Shown in pieces: positions 22,298 through 32,102 of a DNA stretch of 64,000 nucleotides. A model generated the notes under the pieces. It saw only the letters and a program-made list of their open reading frames with translations. It was not told where the DNA came from and ran no database searches. This stretch comes from an uncultured Actinomycetes bacterium (GTDB lineage: Bacteria; Actinomycetota; UBA4738; JBBDTT01), in assembly GCA_963742735.1 (NCBI GenBank), contig CAVUMN010000004.1, positions 416,001 to 480,000 on the forward strand. The letters run 5' to 3'. Made by a program: the position numbers and the translations under genes. The number at the start of each line of letters is the position of its first letter. Position 1 is the first letter of the stretch.

Positions 22298-24253
22298 TCA
22301 CCGCCGTCTCCCGAAGCGGTCGAGAAGCAACAGGTCCTTGGCGGCGCTCGGGTACCCGTTCGACCACCGCTTGTAGCGGCCCGCGGCGAGCTCGCGCCGG
22401 ACCAGCGGCCAGCGGTGGGGGAGGGATTCCATGCGTCCGCGGGCCCCGAAGTGGGCGGCTTTGTCGGCGAGCTCCGAGAGGATCTCGGGGCCCACCGGGT
22501 GGGCATCGGCCCGTTCGGCAAGCCGGTCGTGCGCGTCGAGCAGCCCGCGGGCGAAGTCGCCGAACGCCTTCCGCTCCTGCTTCGTCATCCGGCGGACCAG
22601 CTGGGCCCGGCGCACGGCGTGGTGGGCCCAGGTCAGACGGTGGGGCTGCACGCCGATCCCCACGTGCTGCTCCGCATGCAGGCGATAGTGGATGGTCGGC
22701 TCTGGACTCATCCGGACGTCGGCGGTCGCGGAGAGCAGCATGCCGATCCACGCATCGTGGATCCAACCCTCGGGGATCGGCAGGATCAGATCGCGCCAGG
22801 ACGCGCGCAAGGCCAGGGTCGCGCCCGTCATCAAGTTTCCGTCGAACAGGATCCGGACCTTGTCGGCCGGATCGGCGGCCGAGTACCGTCGCCACATCCA
22901 TGACGTGATCCCAAGGGCCTCCCACAGCCGCCGCCCCCGGCTGCGGGAATGCTCGTCGATCAGCTCGGCATCGCTGAAGAAGAGGGCCAGCGCCGGTGAC
23001 TCGTCGAACGCCGCCTCGATCCGCTGGAGCCGGTCCGGGAACCACACGTCGTCCTGGTCGCAGAGCGCGATGACGTCGCCGGCGCACGCCGAGATGGCCC
23101 GGCCGAAGTTCCGGCCCGGACCCAGGGGGGCCGGCTCGGGCTCGTGCATTCGCACCGGGAAGCCGGCGGAGGACCCGAACCCGGCGAGGATCTCCGAGGT
23201 GCGGTCGATACTGCCGTCGTCACAGACGACGAGCTCGTCGGGTGGACGGGTCTGGGCCGCGATGCTGTCCAGCTGCTGGGCCAGATAGCGCTCGCCGTTG
23301 AACGTGCACAGTGCCACGGAGATCCGGAGCCGGCGCGGGGATCGCCGCCGGCGTGCGCGATTCGGTGCCGGGCCGCCCACCTCGAACCCCAGCGCTCGGA
23401 CTCGGTCCAGGTCCTCCGCGGGGAACCGGGAGAGATCCATGTAGCGGTGCATCCCGAGCGACACCGGCGCCGACGGCACCGCCGCCAGGCGGTCCAGCTC
23501 CCCGGGTCCGAGGTCCTCGCCGAGGTCCACCAGCAGCCGCTCGATCGTGGGCCGGGGGTGGGTGCACAAGTCGTCGTATCGGGCCACGACGAACCCGTCC
23601 CCGAACAGCCGTCGGCCTTCCTCGACGGCCCGCTCGTTCGCGGCCAGCCAGTAGCGAAGGGCGCGTTCGGGGCTCAGGACGCCGGGATCGATGCCGAACC
23701 GGGGCCCGAACGCGGCGAGGTGTTGCTGGTTCCGGCTGAAGGCCATGTCGAGTCCGTGACGGATCACGTGGACGTAGCGGAGCTGCCCCAGGTGCGCACG
23801 GATCGGCTCCAGCAGGAGATAGGTGGCCGGCTCCTTCCAGCCCCAGGTCTCCGCACCGCGCGGATGACGGCCGCGGGTCACGAGGGAGCGGGCCCGAGCG
23901 AAGGCCCATCGCCCCCGCCCGTCACCGAGGTGGTTGTGTCCGTGCCGAGCCACGTCGCGGGTGGCGCCCGACAGGAAGCGGGCCCGGGCGGGGGAGAGCC
24001 GAAGCCGTCCCTCCATCGCCGCGGCGAACAGCTCGAGGCCCGTGCCCAGCGCGCCGTCGGAGCCCTCCAGGGCGCCGGGAAGCCATCCGGGGCGCACGAA
24101 CAGCAGCGTGAACCACAGGTTGTCGAGCGCCTCGTTCAGGTCCGGACCGAGGTCGACCCCGCGATCGAGGAGGATCTGGGCCACGACCCGGGTCCCGCTC
24201 CCGCCGACGCCCCCGACGGCTACCGGTGGGGGTCCGCCCGCGTCACGGCCCAT
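22298..24253 (-). CDS. Sulfotransferase-glycosyltransferase family 2 fusion
   Basis: N-terminal GGVGGSGTR...WGWKEP...HVIRHGLDMA. C-terminal SVALCTFNGERYL...VCDDGS...CDQDDVW...HDAW. ATG at 24253 is coupled to the upstream stop. Confidence 0.87.
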   Translation of the reverse strand: MGRDAGGPPPVAVGGVGGSGTRVVAQILLDRGVDLGPDLNEALDNLWFTLLFVRPGWLPGALEGSDGALGTGLELFAAAMEGRLRLSPARARFLSGATRDVARHGHNHLGDGRGRWAFARARSLVTRGRHPRGAETWGWKEPATYLLLEPIRAHLGQLRYVHVIRHGLDMAFSRNQQHLAAFGPRFGIDPGVLSPERALRYWLAANERAVEEGRRLFGDGFVVARYDDLCTHPRPTIERLLVDLGEDLGPGELDRLAAVPSAPVSLGMHRYMDLSRFPAEDLDRVRALGFEVGGPAPNRARRRRSPRRLRISVALCTFNGERYLAQQLDSIAAQTRPPDELVVCDDGSIDRTSEILAGFGSSAGFPVRMHEPEPAPLGPGRNFGRAISACAGDVIALCDQDDVWFPDRLQRIEAAFDESPALALFFSDAELIDEHSRSRGRRLWEALGITSWMWRRYSAADPADKVRILFDGNLMTGATLALRASWRDLILPIPEGWIHDAWIGMLLSATADVRMSPEPTIHYRLHAEQHVGIGVQPHRLTWAHHAVRRAQLVRRMTKQERKAFGDFARGLLDAHDRLAERADAHPVGPEILSELADKAAHFGARGRMESLPHRWPLVRRELAAGRYKRWSNGYPSAAKDLLLLDRFGRRR

Positions 24254-25188
24254 CAGGCGGATGGAGGAACGTCCCGCTCGACGGGGTGGCGCTTCCAGTC
24301 GGGGCCGGTTCGGGCCTGCCGGGGCGCGAACCATCGGTACACCGAGTTGCGCCGGCGCAGCCCGGCGAGTTCGCGCTTGACGTCGACGCCGGAGGCGTCG
24401 AGCTGACGGGTGAAGCGCTCCCGAGCGAACTCGAGGAGCTCCAGGTCCAGCTCGTTGCTGCGTTCCAGGATCGAGACGAGATCGGGGGCGAGATCCTCCC
24501 GCCGGGGCCTCGCCCGGCCCTCGTTCTGGCGCCGATAGGCGGGCTTCCGCCAGCCGAACAGTCGGGCGGTCAGCAGGACGGTCTCGTCGAAGCGCTCGGT
24601 GAGCCCCACCACGGAGAAGTGCTCCTCGACGTGGCGTTTGGCGGTTGCCAGCGCCTCGGCGTCCGGCGGCCGGTCCCACGCCCGGAGCCCGGCGATCCGG
24701 CGCACCTGGGCGTTTTGAATGGTGCGGTCGCGCTCGGAACGGATGTACTCCGCCAGGCCGAGCGCGAACCGCTGCCGCACGACGCGGTGCTGGTAGGAGG
24801 ACAACGCCCGGTCGATCGGATCCCGGAGCAGGGTGACGTAGGTGGCCGGGCGCTCGACGGCCTCGTGCAGGCCGAACTCGAAGTGCCCCATGATCGCCCG
24901 CAGCTCGGCCCGCCGCTGCGGAGGGAACTCGCGGAATCGTTGGATCGACCCCCCATGGGGTAGATCGGGCGGCGGCGGCCCGCCGGTCTCGAGGAATCGG
25001 AGGATTGCCTCGCGGCGCTCGGGGCCGCGCCCGGAGACGATCTCGAACCGCTCGCGGCCGTACTCGCGCAGCATGATGTCGCCGAAGGTGAGCCCGCCCG
25101 TCTTCGGGACGTGCATGAACAGCAGGGTGGGCATCGCGTCGTTGCGGACGGCGGCGGTGGGTTGGGCGGATTCGAGTGAAGGGCTCAT
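24253..25188 (-). CDS. Sulfotransferase family 2 protein
   Basis: FMHVPKTGGLT, LRDPIDRALSSY, QNAQVR, VGLTERFDE. Confidence 0.9.
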   Translation of the reverse strand: MSPSLESAQPTAAVRNDAMPTLLFMHVPKTGGLTFGDIMLREYGRERFEIVSGRGPERREAILRFLETGGPPPPDLPHGGSIQRFREFPPQRRAELRAIMGHFEFGLHEAVERPATYVTLLRDPIDRALSSYQHRVVRQRFALGLAEYIRSERDRTIQNAQVRRIAGLRAWDRPPDAEALATAKRHVEEHFSVVGLTERFDETVLLTARLFGWRKPAYRRQNEGRARPRREDLAPDLVSILERSNELDLELLEFARERFTRQLDASGVDVKRELAGLRRRNSVYRWFAPRQARTGPDWKRHPVERDVPPSA

Positions 25189-25360
25189 AGCGCGCTGGGG
25201 ATCTCGACTGGCGTGCCCGGTGCACGCGCTCGGCAGCAGATTCTAGCGGCCGGCCGGCGGGGCGAACCGGTGGGTCCAGCGGCCCGCGCTCCCCGGCCCC
25301 GACCGTAGAGGTCACGGGTCCCATGCAGGAATCGGAGGCCCCGTCCGCCAACGAGTAGGG

Positions 25361-28028
25361 ATGAACGCTCGACGAACCCGCACCGGCGCGGCCCTCGTGC
25401 TGCTCGCCGCCACGATCCTGTCCACCCCGGCCCGGGCCCAGGAGGCCCAGGAGCCCGTGCCCGAGGTCGCCGACCTCGTCGAATCCGTGAGCATCATCCC
25501 GCCCGGCCAGGACGGCACGATGGATCTGCTGGAGTTCGCCGGCTTCACGGCGACCGAGGCAACGCCCGAGCACTACGCGGACCAGCTCGAGCAGTACGCC
25601 GGCCTGGTCGACGACGACGACGTGACGCCGGCCGACCTGGAGACCCACTACCACCCGCAGCAGTTCGGGCCCGAGGAGGTCGTCAGCGAGTACTCCCCGC
25701 GCGAGGGCGTGACCGTCTACCGCGACGCGCTCGGCGTCCCGCACATCTACGGGGAGACCACCGACGACGTCGAGTTCGCCCTGGGCTACGTCACCGGTGA
25801 GGACCGCCTGTGGCAGGCCGACGTGTTCCGTCACGCCGCCCTCGGCACGCTGGCCAGCTTCGCCGGAGCGAGCTACGTGGAGATGGACAAGGCCACCCGC
25901 CTGGACGGCTACACCGAGGCCGAGCTCCAGGAGATGATCGACGCGTTCCCGAAGGTGTTCCCGAAGAACGGCCTCGGCCGGTCGATCGTGGACGGCCTCG
26001 AGGCGTACTCCGAGGGGATGAACGCGTACATCGACGAGGTCTCGTTCGATCCCACCCGCCTGCCCGCCGAGTACGTGGCCACGGGGAACACGCCGGCGCC
26101 GTGGCGGCCGATCGACTCCGCCGCGCTGGGCGTGCTGCAGCTCCGGGTATTCGGCGAGACGGCCGGCTTCGAGTTCCGCAACGCCACCCTGTACCGCGAG
26201 CTCGTCCAGAAGCACGGGCAGAAGCTCGGCTGGAAGATCTTCGGCGACCTCCGCCGGAAGAACGACCCGTCGGCCTACACCTCGATCCAGCCCGAGGACG
26301 GGCGGTGGCCCTCCCAGGTGCTCCCCGCGTACGACCCGAAGGCGATCGCCATCCCCGACGAGCCCGAGGCGGCCGAGGGCGCCGCCGAGGCCGCCCGCGT
26401 GGCCCTCAACGACGGCCTGCGCCGCATCGGGTTCCCGCAACTCGGCACGCTCGCCTCGAACGCGTTGCTCGTCTCCGGCAGGCGCTCCACCAGCGGGCAC
26501 CCCCTGGAGATCGGCGCGCCCCAGGTGGGGTACTCGGTGCCCCAGTTCTTCATGGACGTCGACGTTCACGGGGGTACGGCGGACCGCCGCCTGGACTTCC
26601 GGGGCGCGGCCGTTCCCGGCGCGTCGCTGCTGGCCGCCGTGGGCCGCGGCATCGACTACGCCTGGTCGCTGACCACCGGCGTCTCCGACGCGGTCGACAT
26701 CCGGGCCGAGCTGCTGTGCGAGCCGGGAGGCGAGAAGCCGACGGTCGACTCGAAGCACTACGTCTTCAAGGGCAAGTGCGTGGCCATGGAGTCACGCGAC
26801 GAGACCATCGACTGGAACCTCCCGCCCGCGAACCTGGCCGACCCCACCACGGCCGAGCTGCCGGGCTCGGAGACGATCACGATCGACCGCACCGGCCACG
26901 GCCCGGTGTTCTTCCGCGGGACGGTGGACGACAAGCCGGTCGCCTGGGTGCGCCAGCGGCAGTTCTGGAAGCGCGAGCTCGAGTCGTTCGGCGCCTTCGC
27001 CGGATGGAACTCCTCCAGCGAGACGAAGTCGGTCGCCGACTTCTTCCGGGCGGCCGACCGGATGACGGTCTCGTTCAACGTCTTCTACGCCGACTCCCGG
27101 AACATCGGCTACTACCACATCGGTGAGTACCCGCTGCGGGCCCGGGGCGTCGACCCCCGCCTGCCGTCGTGGGGCACCGGGAAGTGGGAGTGGCAGGGCG
27201 TGCTGCCGTTCAAGAAGAACCCGCACGTGATCAACCCGAAGCAGGGGTGGCTGGTGAACTGGAACAACAAGCCGGCCGCGGGATGGAACAACGGCGACGA
27301 CACCTACTGGGGCGACGTCCACCGCGTTCGCCTGCTCGCGGCGAACATGCGCGAACGCCTGGCCGGCTCGAAGAAGATCGACCGGGCCGACCTGGTCGAC
27401 GTGATCCGCGACGCCGCCACCCGCGACATGGACGCGTTCCGACTGGCGCCGCTGCTCCTTGCGGCGGTCGATGCGGGCGCCACGGGGCCGGACGCGGCTC
27501 GTCTGGACGCGGCGGCCGGGATCGTGAAGGCCTGGTATGACGCAGGGCCAGCACCGGGCCGACCAGGACCACGACGACCTGGACGACAACGGGCCGGCCA
27601 CGGCGATCTTCGACGCGTGGTTCGACGCCCTCGTCCACGCGGTGTTCGATGACGAGCTCGGTGACACCATCGGCCTCGCCGGCGTGCCGATCAGCGACCG
27701 CCCCGAGTTCAACAACGGCTCGTCGTACTTCGCCGACTTCGGGAACTACCTGTGGAACGTGCTGGGCAGGCGCCCCGTGGCCCGCGCGTACTGCGACGAC
27801 ATGGCCACCCCGACTCGAGAGGGGTGCACCAAGATGATCCTGGGGGCGCTCACCACGGCTCTGGACGCCCTGACGACGGCCCAGGAGACCGACGTCATGG
27901 CCGACTGGACCCGCCCGGCGGACATGATCCGGTTCGAGGGGCAGGGCGCGGGCAGCGTGCCGGCCATCCCGTGGCAGAACCGGGGGACCTACAACCACGT
28001 CGCGGAGATCACCGGCCGGCGTCCGTAG
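25361..28028 (+). CDS. Secreted penicillin acylase family (Ntn hydrolase) protein, frameshifted near 27545
   Basis: Signal peptide, RDALGVPHIYG, ASNALLVSG (catalytic Ser), WNNKP. The C-terminus (WQNRGTY) continues in ORF 27537..28028. Confidence 0.88.
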
Positions 28029-28069
28029 CGCGCGGGAACGACTCCCGGAGGGCGCGGTAGGCTGCCTTC

Positions 28070-28537
28070 GTGCGGCTTGCCGGCACGACGCTCGAGCGGA
28101 ACGCGCCGATCCCGCAGTTCCGCGTGGCCGAGTCCCTCTCGGACCGGGAGTTCACGCCGTGGGACGTGAAGGGCCGGCGTGCGCTGGTCCTGGCCTTCCT
28201 GCACGACGACTGCGCGGAGTGCGCCGCCTTCGCCGAGGAGGTCGCCGCCCGCGACGACCAGTTCCAGGCCGCGGACGCGACGGTGTACGCGGTGGCGCCC
28301 GCGCCGGTCGGCGCCGTGCCCACCCTGCTCGACCCGGACGGCGAGGTGGCGCGGACCTATCTGGGGGATGACGGCCTGGTGCCGACGGTGGTCCTCGCCG
28401 ACCGATACGGCGCCGCGTGGGCGGCGTACCCGGGCTTCGCCCACGACCTGCCGACGGTGGGAGAGCTGGCGGCGACCGCCTGGCACATGGCCCTGCAGTG
28501 CGCGGACTGCGCCGTGCCGGTGTGGCCCGACGAGTAA
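28070..28537 (+). CDS. Redoxin/AhpC-TSA-like thioredoxin-fold protein
   Basis: LVLAFLHDDCAEC, LLDPDGEVARTY, VVLADRYG, C-terminal CADC. Confidence 0.75.
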   Translation: MRLAGTTLERNAPIPQFRVAESLSDREFTPWDVKGRRALVLAFLHDDCAECAAFAEEVAARDDQFQAADATVYAVAPAPVGAVPTLLDPDGEVARTYLGDDGLVPTVVLADRYGAAWAAYPGFAHDLPTVGELAATAWHMALQCADCAVPVWPDE

Positions 28538-28549
28538 ACGGGAGGGGAC

Positions 28550-28951
28550 ATGGACGCGAGCAAGCTGAAGGACATCCCGTTGTTCGCGGGCCTGTCGGAC
28601 CACGACCGCACCACCGTCGCGCGGTGGGCGGACGAGGTGGACGTCACCGAGGGCAAGCATCTGGTGGACCAGGGGCGATTCGCCTACGAGTTCTTCGTGA
28701 TCCTCGAGGGCACCGCGGACGTGACCCAGGACGGCCGGCACCTGACCGACCTCGGACCGGGGGACGTCTTCGGGGAGGTCGGCCTGCTGGGCGACCACGT
28801 GCGCTCGGCGAGCGTGGTGGCCACCTCGCCCATGCGGGTGGTGGTCATGCTCGACCGAGACTTCAAGGCCATGGAACGAGATCTGCCTGAGGTGGCCGGA
28901 CGGGTCCGCGCGATCTGCCAGGACCGCACCCGAGACGCCCTGACCGAGTGA
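28550..28951 (+). CDS. Stand-alone cyclic nucleotide-binding domain protein
   Basis: LKDIPLFAGL, FFVILEG, LGPGDVFGEVGLL...RSASVVA. Confidence 0.9.
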   Translation: MDASKLKDIPLFAGLSDHDRTTVARWADEVDVTEGKHLVDQGRFAYEFFVILEGTADVTQDGRHLTDLGPGDVFGEVGLLGDHVRSASVVATSPMRVVVMLDRDFKAMERDLPEVAGRVRAICQDRTRDALTE

Positions 28952-28977
28952 GCCGGCCGGGGGGAAGGAATCCGGCG

Positions 28978-29003
28978 TAGAATAGGTTACCGACCGGTAG
29001 GTA
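28978..29003 (+). promoter_or_regulatory. -10 element plus palindromic operator upstream of thiolase
   Basis: TAGAAT 28978-83, then the near-palindrome TACCGACCGGTAGGTA 28988-29003. Confidence 0.65.
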
Positions 29004-29038
29004 TGGACCACCGGAGCGTGCTCAGGAAGGAGACCCGC

Positions 29039-30208
29039 ATGCGTGAGGCCCTGATCGTCGAGGCCGTCCGTTCACCGATGGGCAAGAAGAACGGGAAGCT
29101 CTCCGACTCCCACCCCGTGGACCTGCTGGCGGACGTGCTGAAGGCCGCCGTCGAGCGGACGGGCATCGACCCGGCGCAGGTCGAGGACAACATCACCGGC
29201 TGCGTCATGCAGACCGGGGAGCAGGGCCTGAACATCGGCCGCAACGCGTGGCTGGCGGCGGGACTGCCCGAGGAGGTCCCGGCCACCACCGTGGACCGCC
29301 AGTGCGGCTCGAGCCAGCAAGCCGCGCACTTCGCGGCCCAGGGTGTGATCGCCGGCGCGTACGACCTGGTCATCGCGTCGGGCGTCGAGAACATGTCCCG
29401 GGTGCCCATGGGCATCACCGCCCAGCAGGGCCCGGGGTTCCCGTTCCCCCCGTCCCTGATGGACCGTTACGACGGCGGCCTGGTTCCGCAGGGGATCAGC
29501 GCCGAGATCATCGCCGAGCGGTGGGGCCTGACCCGCGAGGAGCTGGACCGCTTCGCCGCGCGCAGCCACACCCTGGCCGGCGCCGCGACGAAGGAGGGCC
29601 GGTTCGCCAAGGAGATCCACCCCATCAAGGTCCAGACCGAGGAAGGCCTGGTGGAGTTCGACTACGACGAGGGGATCCGCGAGCCGAACCTGGAGAAGAT
29701 GGCGCAGCTGAAGCCGGCCTTCAAGGAGGACGGCGTGGTCACGGCCGCCAACTCGAGCCAGATCACCGACGGCGCCGCGGCCCTGGTCATCGCCAGCCGG
29801 GAGACGGCCGAGAAGCTCGGCCTGACCCCGCGCGCCCGGTTCCACACGTTCGCGCTGGCCGGGGTGGACCCGATCACCATGCTCACCGGCGTGATCCCGT
29901 CCACGCAGAAGGCGCTGGGCCGGGCGGGGATGAAGCTCGAGGACATCGACCGGGTGGAGATCAACGAGGCCTTCGCCACGGTGGTCCTGGCCTGGAAGAA
30001 GGAGCTCGAGATCCCCGACGACTGGTTCGAGGAGCACGTGAACGTGAACGGCGGGGCGATCGCCGTCGGCCATCCCCTCGGGGCGAGCGGTGCCCGGTTG
30101 ATGACCTCCCTCCTGCACGAGCTGGAGCGCTCGGGTGGCACGTACGGCCTCCAGACGATGTGCGAGGGCGGCGGCATGGCCAACGCCACGATCATCGAGC
30201 GTCTGTAG
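29039..30208 (+). CDS. Thiolase (acetyl-CoA acyltransferase)
   Basis: DRQCGSS, EINEAFA, NGGAIAVGHPLGASG, MCEGGG. Confidence 0.96.
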   Translation: MREALIVEAVRSPMGKKNGKLSDSHPVDLLADVLKAAVERTGIDPAQVEDNITGCVMQTGEQGLNIGRNAWLAAGLPEEVPATTVDRQCGSSQQAAHFAAQGVIAGAYDLVIASGVENMSRVPMGITAQQGPGFPFPPSLMDRYDGGLVPQGISAEIIAERWGLTREELDRFAARSHTLAGAATKEGRFAKEIHPIKVQTEEGLVEFDYDEGIREPNLEKMAQLKPAFKEDGVVTAANSSQITDGAAALVIASRETAEKLGLTPRARFHTFALAGVDPITMLTGVIPSTQKALGRAGMKLEDIDRVEINEAFATVVLAWKKELEIPDDWFEEHVNVNGGAIAVGHPLGASGARLMTSLLHELERSGGTYGLQTMCEGGGMANATIIERL

Positions 30209-30266
30209 CGCTCGCACCCGCACCCGCACCCGCAACCACGGGCCGCGGAGCGTGTAGCGTCGAGCC

Positions 30267-30641
30267 ATGGCGCGCGCGAAGCGAAGCCTCGTCGGCAGGC
30301 TGGTTTCGCTCGTCCTCCTTGGCGGCGGCCTGTATGCCGTGTGGTTCGTCCTGACCTACACCTCCGGCCGGTCGCTGGGCCTGCGACTCGCCGTCGCGAC
30401 GCTGCTCGGCATGACGATCTTCCTGATGGGGCGGCGGGTCCTGGCCGGGTTCAGCGTGCCGGCCCCGGAGGCTCGCCTGGAGGAGCCCGAGGAGGTCGAG
30501 GAGCTCGAGGTCTACTTCGTGTGCGGCGAATGCGGAACGGAATACAAGGTCACGAAGCTCGGGGAGCTCTCGGTCCCGCGGCACTGTGGTGAGCCGATGC
30601 AGGTGGTCCGCCGGCCCGTCCAGGACGCGACCCTGAACTAG
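30267..30641 (+). CDS. Two-TM protein with C-terminal zinc-ribbon
   Basis: Two TM segments, then CGECG...PRHCGEPM. Confidence 0.75.
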   Translation: MARAKRSLVGRLVSLVLLGGGLYAVWFVLTYTSGRSLGLRLAVATLLGMTIFLMGRRVLAGFSVPAPEARLEEPEEVEELEVYFVCGECGTEYKVTKLGELSVPRHCGEPMQVVRRPVQDATLN

Positions 30642-30892
30642 CCCTCGGCGATCTCCTCCGCCTTGGCCTTGAGGGTCTTGAAGTCCTTGCGCGGCCCCCG
30701 CGAGTCGTCGATCAGGCCGTCGGTCCGGTTGAAGCCCCACCCGGAGAAGACGACGCCGACCCTGGAGTAGACGCGCTTCAGCTGGGGCTCTCCGCAGGCC
30801 GGGCATGCGTCGGGTGGGACCGCCTGGCCCATCGGCTGGACCTCCTCGGTCCGTTCGCCGCACGCGCGACAGGCGTACTCGTAGACCGGCAT
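30638..30892 (-). CDS. FmdB family zinc-ribbon protein
   Basis: MPVYEYACRACG...CPACG...VFSGWGFNRTD. Confidence 0.9.
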   Translation of the reverse strand: MPVYEYACRACGERTEEVQPMGQAVPPDACPACGEPQLKRVYSRVGVVFSGWGFNRTDGLIDDSRGPRKDFKTLKAKAEEIAEG

Positions 30893-30916
30893 CTCCCCAA
30901 CAGTATGCTCGCCGCC

Positions 30917-31783
30917 GTGGCGTTCGTGACCGCTCCCGACGGCCTTCGCCTCGCCTACGACGACGACGGGCGGGGGCCGGCCCTGGTGCTGCTTCCCGGG
31001 TCGCTGGGCGACCGGGCCCAGTGGCGAGCGGCCGGCTACCTGGACGCGTTCCGCTCGATCGCGCGGGTGATCTCCGTGGATCCCCTTGGCCGCGGGGAGT
31101 GCGACGCGCCGCACGACGACGCCGCCTACGGGATCGAGCGCCACGCCGGGGACGTGCTGGCGGTGCTCGACGCCCTGGGCATCGAACGGGCGACCGTGTG
31201 GGGGCACTCCTTCGGCGGGCGCGTCGGGTTCGAGCTTGCCGCGCGCCATCCGGATCGGGTCGTGGCGCTGATCGCGACCGGCGCCAGCGGCCACGGCCTG
31301 AGCGCGTTCAGCCGGGCCCTCGCCGAGTCGTCCGAGGCGCTCCTGCAGCTCGGCCTGCCCGCCGCCGTCGAGCGGTACGCGCAGGCGGTGGACGTCCCCG
31401 ACTGGATGCGGGAGAACTGGGCGCGGGGCGACGCGGAGGCCCTCGCGGCCTCCCTGCGGGCCAACGCCCGCTACGGCGGGGCGGACGACGCCTTCGCCTC
31501 GTTGGCGGTGCCGGTCCTGCTGCTGGTGGGGGAGGCCGACCCGGTGCTCGCCCAGGCCCGGGAGACCGCCGAGCGCGTCCCACGCTGCGTCCTGGTGGAG
31601 CTCGAGGGCCTCGACCACGTCAGCTCGTTCACCCGGAGCGACATCGCGGTCGCCCTCGCGCTCGAGTTCCTGCGCGACCTGTGGGGCTTCGCGAGCCCCC
31701 CGGGTCCGGGCGCCCCACGGTGGGGCCCCCGGAACGGTTTCCCCAGGTGGGGACAACCCTGTGGAGAAATGACAGGAGTGTAG
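30917..31783 (+). CDS. Alpha/beta hydrolase
   Basis: DPLGRGECD, WGHSFGG, GEAD, LDH. Confidence 0.9.
   Translation: MAFVTAPDGLRLAYDDDGRGPALVLLPGSLGDRAQWRAAGYLDAFRSIARVISVDPLGRGECDAPHDDAAYGIERHAGDVLAVLDALGIERATVWGHSFGGRVGFELAARHPDRVVALIATGASGHGLSAFSRALAESSEALLQLGLPAAVERYAQAVDVPDWMRENWARGDAEALAASLRANARYGGADDAFASLAVPVLLLVGEADPVLAQARETAERVPRCVLVELEGLDHVSSFTRSDIAVALALEFLRDLWGFASPPGPGAPRWGPRNGFPRWGQPCGEMTGV
31737..31768. promoter_or_regulatory. Distal DnaA-box-like cluster
   Basis: GTTTCCCCA, TGGGGACAA (reverse complement TTGTCCCCA) and TGTGGAGAA (reverse complement TTCTCCACA), spaced 2-3 nt apart. Confidence 0.6.
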
Positions 31784-31794
31784 TTACGCGGGTG

Positions 31795-32037
31795 TCAGCG
31801 CCACTGGGTGGCGGCGCCGAAGCCCACCGCGATCAGGCCCAGACCGCCCCACAGCAGGTACTGCTTGCTGCCCGCGACGTCGCCGCCGCCGGGAAGCAGG
31901 CCGTAGTAGGCCAGGATCACGTACACGCCGCCGAACAGCAGGCCGAGGATCACCGCGCCGTACCACTTCGGGGACGGCTTCGGCTTCTTCTTGGGGGGCG
32001 GCTGGTAGCGCTTGCGCTTGGACTTGGAGACCGGCAT
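31795..32037 (-). CDS. crgA: Cell division protein CrgA
   Basis: MPVSKSKRK...PSPKWY, two TM segments, ATQWR C-terminus. Confidence 0.92.
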   Translation of the reverse strand: MPVSKSKRKRYQPPPKKKPKPSPKWYGAVILGLLFGGVYVILAYYGLLPGGGDVAGSKQYLLWGGLGLIAVGFGAATQWR

Positions 32038-32102
32038 GACCGGCCAATCCTAGCGAACGATGGGCTGGGTACGACCGGCGGCCGGGGGGATACTTGGAGG
32101 CC

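Noticed and set aside
22298-26758. 1486-aa ORF as one giant protein
   Set aside because: Only 22298-24253 looks protein-like. The upstream part overlaps a sulfotransferase in another frame and the acylase on the opposite strand.
30213-30237. (CGCACC)n short tandem repeat after the thiolase
   Set aside because: Only about four units, intergenic and without spacers. It is not a CRISPR array and has no evident function.
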